DNA of 63,923 nucleotides, counting the filler, from Saprolegnia diclina VS20 (Eukaryota): the NCBI RefSeq assembly GCF_000281045.1. It is 3 parts of 2 records of this genome, joined end to end, with 100 filler letters (N's around TTAATTAATTAA, not from the genome) between each part and the next. Parts side by side here need not be neighbours in the genome. Positions count along the whole stretch, not along the records: positions 53,576 to 63,923 come from NW_008246075.1; 2 more parts are not named here. The stretch is one strand, 5' to 3'. The position numbers and the translations under genes were made by a program. Below the pieces are notes generated by a model, which was not told the DNA's origin, did no database searches, and worked only from the letters and a program-made list of their open reading frames with translations. Of the stretch, positions 57,801 to 63,923 are shown piece after piece. The stretch's first letter is position 1; every line of letters begins with the position of its first letter.

Positions 57801-60800
57801 GAGGCCGCGCTTCGACACGATGCTGGCACGGAAGCCACGTGGCGTCAGGACGCTGGCACGATGGCCGTCGAGGCGCGCGACGGTGGCACGCAGTTTGCGC
57901 TCCGGTTGTCCGTGGCAGTGCAGAGCGATGCACCGACCGTCGACGCCGAGGCAGCGACACCGGCGCAGTGGGCTCACGTCGAACCAACGACGAACGACGA
58001 CGACGACAACGACGACGATTACGGCGAGGAAGAGACGTCGACCCCCAAAGCACGGAGCGCAGGCATGAGCGCCGAGGTGGAAAGTGCAGTCAACGAGAGC
58101 CAAGTCTACTCGGACGCGTTCGAAGCCAGCGTGGCACGCCCAGCATCCGTTGTCGACAACAGTGTCGTTGAAGACGATGAAGATTTGGATGATGACGCAG
58201 CCCCGGGCCTTGCTGTCAGTGACGGAGACGAGGTGGCGGACGACGACGTTGCGTACTCGGAGGGCTTTGAAAGTCCACGGAAGAGCTCCATGGCCGGCAG
58301 CATCATCGAGGACGAAGACGAGAACGACGGTGGGATGGCGGACACGACAGCCGTTGCTGTTGCATCCGACGACATTGATGATGCCATCGTCGACGAAGAT
58401 GACGCTCCTTTGGACTCGGGCGACGTCAACGACGCTACGGTTGAAGATGACGATGTGCCCATATATTCGGACGGCTTTGAAAGTCCGGGAAAACCTCCAG
58501 TGACATCGACACCAACCGACGAGGACGATCAAGTCGGCGAGGATGACGCATACTCGGAGGCTTTTTCCAGCCCACGGAAGCCGATGTCCGTCGCTGACAG
58601 CGTGCACGACAACAGTGCGTCGGGGAGCCCGAGACATGCGTCGGTCGTCGGCAGTGTCGCCGACGACGCCTACTCGGAGGCATTTGAGAGTCCGCGAAAA
58701 GGGTCGATTGCCACCAGTGTACCAGACGACGAGGACGTCGACGTGGGCTCGTTCGAGAGCCCACTGCCCGTGCACGAAGCGCACGAAACTGCAGGCGCCC
58801 CGACGCCAACATTGTACACGCCGCTGCCATCGTATGCGCCGTCGTTGGCAGTATCGGCTACACCGAGCCCGCGCGTGGAGGCGTACTTGAGCTCTCTAGC
58901 TCAACGGGACGCTGCCAAGGCACAGTACATTCGCCATATTTTGGTGCGCAAAGCGAGCGAAGACAAGCTCTTGGAGCTCCGGTACGCCCGTTTGACGACG
59001 ACTAGTGCTCTCTCAGCGTGGCAAGTGGAGATGGAAAAGCTACATCTCGACGGCGCTCGCACGGCCAACGTTGCCAAGTGCTACGAAGACATGATGTGCT
59101 ATCCGCCCGAGAGTCAAGACGAGGTCCGCGTCCTGGCCGAGGCGTTTGGTGGCTCATTTACGACGTGGACGCCGGCGCTTGCACCGCCATTGGAGCCCCC
59201 GGGACAGCCTCGCCCGACAGAAACCACCGTCGGCTCGACCCACGGCAGCAACGAGTATGCAGACGAGTTTGAAGCAACATCGAAAGATGCATCAAACGAG
59301 GTCCTTGACGATGACGAAAAGGTGGTCGAAGCTAGTGCTCAAGACGACGAATACAACGACGACGCCTCGGTGCCTGACGACGACGCCTCGGTGCCTGACG
59401 ACGATGCATCGGTGCCGGACGATGAAGGGACACCACCCGGCGTTGAGGATGAAACGAGCACCAAGGATGAAATCGGCTTGGAGTCAGGTGTCGTGGAAGA
59501 CGCCATCGCTGACGTCGAGACGGCCGCGCGTGACGACGACGTTCCCGACGACATGGAGATGGACCAAAATGACATCGACGATGACGCTTCGGCCAAAGAA
59601 GACGCAGAGATCTACTCGAGCGACAACTTTGCAGCGCCATCCGAGGACGTGGTTGACGTGTCGGAGGCACCGGTCGCAGAGGACGACGACCCGGTCGACG
59701 ATGTCGCGCCGGTGGACGACGCGCCGGACGACGTCGGTGTTAGTGGTGTTTATTCAGACGACGATTTCGATGAGCACAAGAGCACGGTCGACGAAGCGTC
59801 GCATGCGTACTCGGTTGACGGGTTTGAAGCACCGACCAGCGTCACAGATGCTTCAGCTGTTGACGTGCCCAGTGCGTCGCTTCCAGCCGACCCACTCGTA
59901 GACGACGACGCACCGGTGGAAGCTAGTGAGCCCAAAGACGACATTGCCGATGTCCCATCAGAGACGTCCGAGGTCGAGGGCGAAGTGGAAGATGACCATG
60001 AAGATGACGCATTAGTAGCCGACGAAGAAACGACGGCCCAGGACGACGGCGAGTATTCGCAAGATGAGTTTGCGTCCGGTTCAGCTCCGCTGGACACTCC
60101 AGTTGTCGCATCCGAAGCCGACGCCGACGACGGCTACGGCGACGATTTTGAATCGAGTTCCAAGAGTGGTTCCGGCGAAGCAGCCAGCAACACATCGGAG
60201 CAGCTGCGGCGAGCGCTGGATGAGCTCCAACAGACGCACCCGCGGCTCGTATCGGCAGAAGAAGACGCCAAGTACACTCGGCGCAAACTCCAAGCTCTGG
60301 CCCTTCTCGAAGCCAAGAAAAGCGCAATCGTCGCGGGCACCAAGCTGTCGGAGCTCGCTGCGATTGACCACTTGGTCACATACTCGCTGCAGCTCAACGT
60401 TCACGACGAAATTCAAAAGCAAACACCGGTGTTTGTTCCAGTGGCGCAAGACGCAGCAACACCATTGGCAGCCCCAGCCATTGCGGCGGTTGCCCCCGAG
60501 CCCGACGACTACTCGGACTCGTTCAACGACGACGAAGAGCTCGCCGATGGTACAGACGACGTCGCTGAGAATGTTGCGTTGCCCGATGAGGCGATTTCGT
60601 CAACCCCTGAGGTTGCAGTGCTGGCATCAAGCTTGGACGAAGGAGAGCAGCGGCTCCAAGCCCTCCAGGTGCGTCAAACGTTATCTGCCGTAGCCCACTC
60701 ATGTGACACTCCTAGGAGGCGGTGGCGGCCAAGCAGCAGGAGGCCATGGCGGTGCAAGCGCTGGTCGCGAAGGAAGAGCGCAAGATTCTTATCCACGTAG

Positions 60801-62985
60801 ACCTTGTTGTGGCTTCGGGCGAGCGTTGACCTTGATGTAGGAAACGATCGAGACCCTCCAAGTGCAGCTGGATCAAACCGAACGGCTCGTGGTGTCGGAG
60901 GCGGATCGACTCGCTGCGCTCCAAGCAACCGCCAAGGATTTAGCTATTGTCGACGATGCCCCGACGGCACAAGCCAATGTCGCCAGCGATGACGAAGTCG
61001 CCGGTAGCCAAGAAGGCGATGCGTGCAACGACGCGTCGCTCGACGAGAGCTTTTCGTCCGAGAAGGCGGCACCCATTGCGAGCGCATCGATGTTGGCACT
61101 GGAAGAAAGTGCCGAGAACGATCGTTTGGACAATGACGATGACACTGACGATCTCTTGGCCAATGACGAGGACGGGTCTGTGGAACTCTCTGTCGTCGAT
61201 GGCGAGTCGCTTTCGGACGTCGACGTCGCGGACGCATCCTTTGGAAGTCAAGACGACGACAACGACGACGAGCCATCTATAGTGGCGACGCCATTGGCAC
61301 TGGATGTAGAGCCAACGATCGACGTTGCACCGACAGTCCCACGCCTGGCCGCGACGCCACAAGTCCTCGACGACTCGTTCTCTAGTGTTGTCGACGACGA
61401 GCCATTGAGCGTAAATCTTCTGGATGGTTTCGACGTCGTCGAAGCTGCGCTGCCGGCCAACTGGTTCCGAGAGACGTCGGTGCAAACGGTCGCCACGATG
61501 GAGACGCTGGATTACATCGAAGTCGCATTACCGCCGGTCCATGCCTCCGCCGACAACGGCGATACCGCAATGGCGTCGATGGACTACGTTGAAGACGCCG
61601 AGGTACCAACACTAGCGACAGCAAGGTCGTATTTGGACACTTGTGACCACATTGAGCTTGCCGAGTCGGCTACATCGGCGGCTCAAACGCCCATGGACGC
61701 ATTTGCCTCGTACGATCACATCGAGGTGGCGACGCCCGCGCTCCCGCTCTCGACAACCGACGTATGGACAAACGAGCCAACATCGGTGGTTGACGCTGAG
61801 CACAAGGACGACGACAGCGCAGACGACGGCAGCGCCGATTTGGACGCGTTCTCCGACCAGCTGCTCCTTGGCGGCTCGGCGCCGTTGGAGGACGATATCG
61901 TCGTTCATCATGAAATCCAAGTAGCTCGCGCTGTCGACATATTCTCCCAGCAGTACGACTACGTGGAGGTAGCGCAAGCGCCGCGCGCACTTTGCTCTCC
62001 GTCAAGCAACGACAACGCCGTTCCGGTGTCGGTGACTACGGAGAGCGATGCCGTTGCTCCTCTAGCCTCTTCAAGCTTTGCAGTCGGTGACGTCGGTTGC
62101 TCACATCAACGTATCGACGTGCTGGCTAATTTCTCCCACGTGGAGGCTGCCGAGGCGCCTGCACACCGAGACCAGTCGTCGTGGGCCATACCCTCAACGC
62201 CACTTGACGCATACGATCACGTCGAGCAAGCCCAAGCGCCGACTGTGAGCGTCACGACTGAGCGCGTTGAAGAGCTGCCACCGACGCCACACGTCGATAT
62301 TGACGCCCTTGTCAGCACACTGTGGCACAATCTTGAGCAAGACGTCTGGGCAGACGTGCTCCGCGCGGCCACTGCTGAAGCGCCCTCCGTCGAAGTCAAT
62401 GGTGAGGTCGGCAATGACACGACCGACGAGCTCGTCACCGAGACGCCCGACCCTGTCGATCGGCTCGTGGATGATATCTTTCGTGACGTTATGGACGACG
62501 CGCTGCTGTCACTGCGACGTCCCGGCCCGCGGCAGACAACTGTAGCACGACCATCGACGCCACCGACGGCGCCTGTGTTCAAAGTCGACACACTGCGCGA
62601 CATGACGGCGTTCAAAACCGAGTACACGCTGATGACGCAGGCGCGTCAAGCCTTTGACTGGCGACAAATCGATGCCGCTTTGGTCGATGGTGTCGACATC
62701 GAGCTCCCAGCAAGCACACTAACGGCGCGTCGGCGGCTGATGCAAGATTGGCAGCGCGAGAGTGCGCCGTCGTCCGCACGACCGCTGGTCGACAACGTTC
62801 CGAAAAGTGTCAAGGAGCTCTTGCTCAACGATACGTCGGATGCTGCCGTTGCGTCGGTGACATCCCGCCTCGTCAAAGGCACCGCCGACTCGGAGGCACG
62901 AATAGTCGACGCCATTTGGAGGGAACTGTGCGCTGAGGCCGTTGGAGGCAGTCTACGGCCAGCGCTCGACACCGCGGATACGTGA
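54860..62985 (+). CDS. Very large acidic, low-complexity coiled-coil protein, CEP350/CAP350-like centrosomal/basal-body protein
   Basis: ORFs 55070..55984, 56043..60800 and 60862..62985 are joined by short introns. It has a basic Pro/Lys-rich N-terminus. The segment RQFSPRTLSRQLLAAVEFQETLHEAQMHLESLE resembles the conserved CEP350 FSP..L...M.AEL helix. There are many YSD.FE motifs. Confidence 0.65.
59358..59420 (+). repeat. Coding 21-bp tandem repeat x3 (DDASVPD)
   Basis: GACGACGCCTCGGTGCCTGAC is repeated twice exactly, followed by a synonymous-variant third copy. Confidence 0.9.
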
Positions 62986-63299
62986 CCATCGAGGTCGTTT
63001 TGATATACCAGTAATATATGTCTCGCAGAAGAGATAAGATGAGAGACTCGGAGCTACACGCGAGAGCCAACTTTGGGCATAACCGTTCCAAAGATGACAG
63101 AACTGTGAGCTTGTCGTCGTCGTGATGCATCGAGAAACGAAGTGTCAACTTCTTGGCATTTCGCTATATTCTTGGCGCTTCAACGTTTCCTCCATCGGCG
63201 GGCTTCGAAGATGTTGAGCATCCGGGACTCGGAGAGCCATCGTATAAACCACAAGAATATGTATTACATCAACATTGATCACATTAACCACACGCCAGC

Positions 63300-63923
63300 T
63301 TACACCGTCGGCGCGCACTGGGGGCGCAAACGGAAACGAGGCGGCGCCGGCGCGTCCGTAACATACGCCACAATGTTGTTCACTAATTCGTTGAGCACGC
63401 CGCTCTTCGACGAGTCGGTGCCATCTTGCGGCTTCACGTCGTTGAACACATACGACGACAGCGTGTTCGCGTCCGTCGCAGCTTCCGGGTCACTCGGTGC
63501 CGCTACGTCCAACGGCTTGGTTTCATATGGCGCAACGTACGATGTTGCAGACGACATGCCGTTCGTATACGCCGTAGCATCGGTCGACGAGCCAGCCGTC
63601 GACTGCGTGTACGACGACACGGCCGAGGCGACCGCCGACGCAACCGAGAGCGGCGCACCGGCCTCGATGGCTGCGATCTGCACCTCCGCAGGCGAACCAC
63701 CCGAGTTGACGGCAACCGCAATGGCGGCGGCCTGGCCGAGGCTCGCACCCGAGTCGAGAGCAGCCTGGATGACCTCGATGATCGGCGCAGGCGTACCGGC
63801 CGCACTGCTCGCAGCACTGGCGACGCTCACGGCATCCGACGGGTTGACACCGGCCGCCAAGGCAACGGCAACAAGGTCGCTGCCCGTGACGCCCGACGAC
63901 GCAGCATCGGCAACCGCAGCGGC
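63300..63923 (-). CDS. 3' part of an Ala/Ser-rich repetitive (likely surface/secreted) protein; 5' end outside the window
   Basis: The frame is open from the window end to the stop at 63300. It has repeated helical units VALAAGVNPSDA / AALDSGASLGQA / AAIEAGAPLSVA. Confidence 0.65.
   Translation of the reverse strand, partial: AAAVADAASSGVTGSDLVAVALAAGVNPSDAVSVASAASSAAGTPAPIIEVIQAALDSGASLGQAAAIAVAVNSGGSPAEVQIAAIEAGAPLSVASAVASAVSSYTQSTAGSSTDATAYTNGMSSATSYVAPYETKPLDVAAPSDPEAATDANTLSSYVFNDVKPQDGTDSSKSGVLNELVNNIVAYVTDAPAPPRFRLRPQCAPTV

Noticed and set aside
57513..58784. 423-aa minus-strand Val/Arg-rich ORF (and similar antisense ORFs such as 54950..56374 and 19047..20228)
   Set aside because: These are antisense reflections of GAC/GAG-rich coding sequence on the opposite strand.
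59358..59420. 21-bp direct repeats as a possible CRISPR-like array
   Set aside because: They are contiguous in-frame coding repeats without spacers, in a eukaryotic context with no cas genes.

Overview
This is gene-dense eukaryotic DNA, most consistent with a Saprolegniales oomycete (Saprolegnia-like). That call is inferred from GC3-rich codons, many ~35-60 nt GT-AG introns and the gene families present. About 30 protein-coding genes can be reconstructed by hand-splicing. Housekeeping genes include proteasome beta-3, U2SURP, importin-7/8, SPCS3, ARPC3, panC, IMP3, an LMBR1-family protein and a mid-SUN protein. Secreted or accessory enzymes include an M14 carboxypeptidase, a membrane-anchored GH18 chitinase and a bacterial-type APH/YerI-like kinase. 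There are three assembly gaps. I found no rRNA, tRNA, CRISPR array or intact transposon. The most unusual item is a three-domain GNAT acetyltransferase + fascin-like beta-trefoil + myo-inositol-oxygenase-like fusion whose di-iron ligands are mostly lost (21162..23025). Other notable items are: two inverted paralogous 5'-nucleotidase (NT5DC-type HAD) genes sharing an unexplained, possibly TBC-like N-terminal region, one with a catalytic Asp->Asn change; an LRAT/NlpC-P60 + beta-trefoil fusion; and an ~8 kb acidic CEP350-like gene with two families of repeated short motifs. All family assignments come from motif recognition by eye, and exon boundaries are manual estimates.
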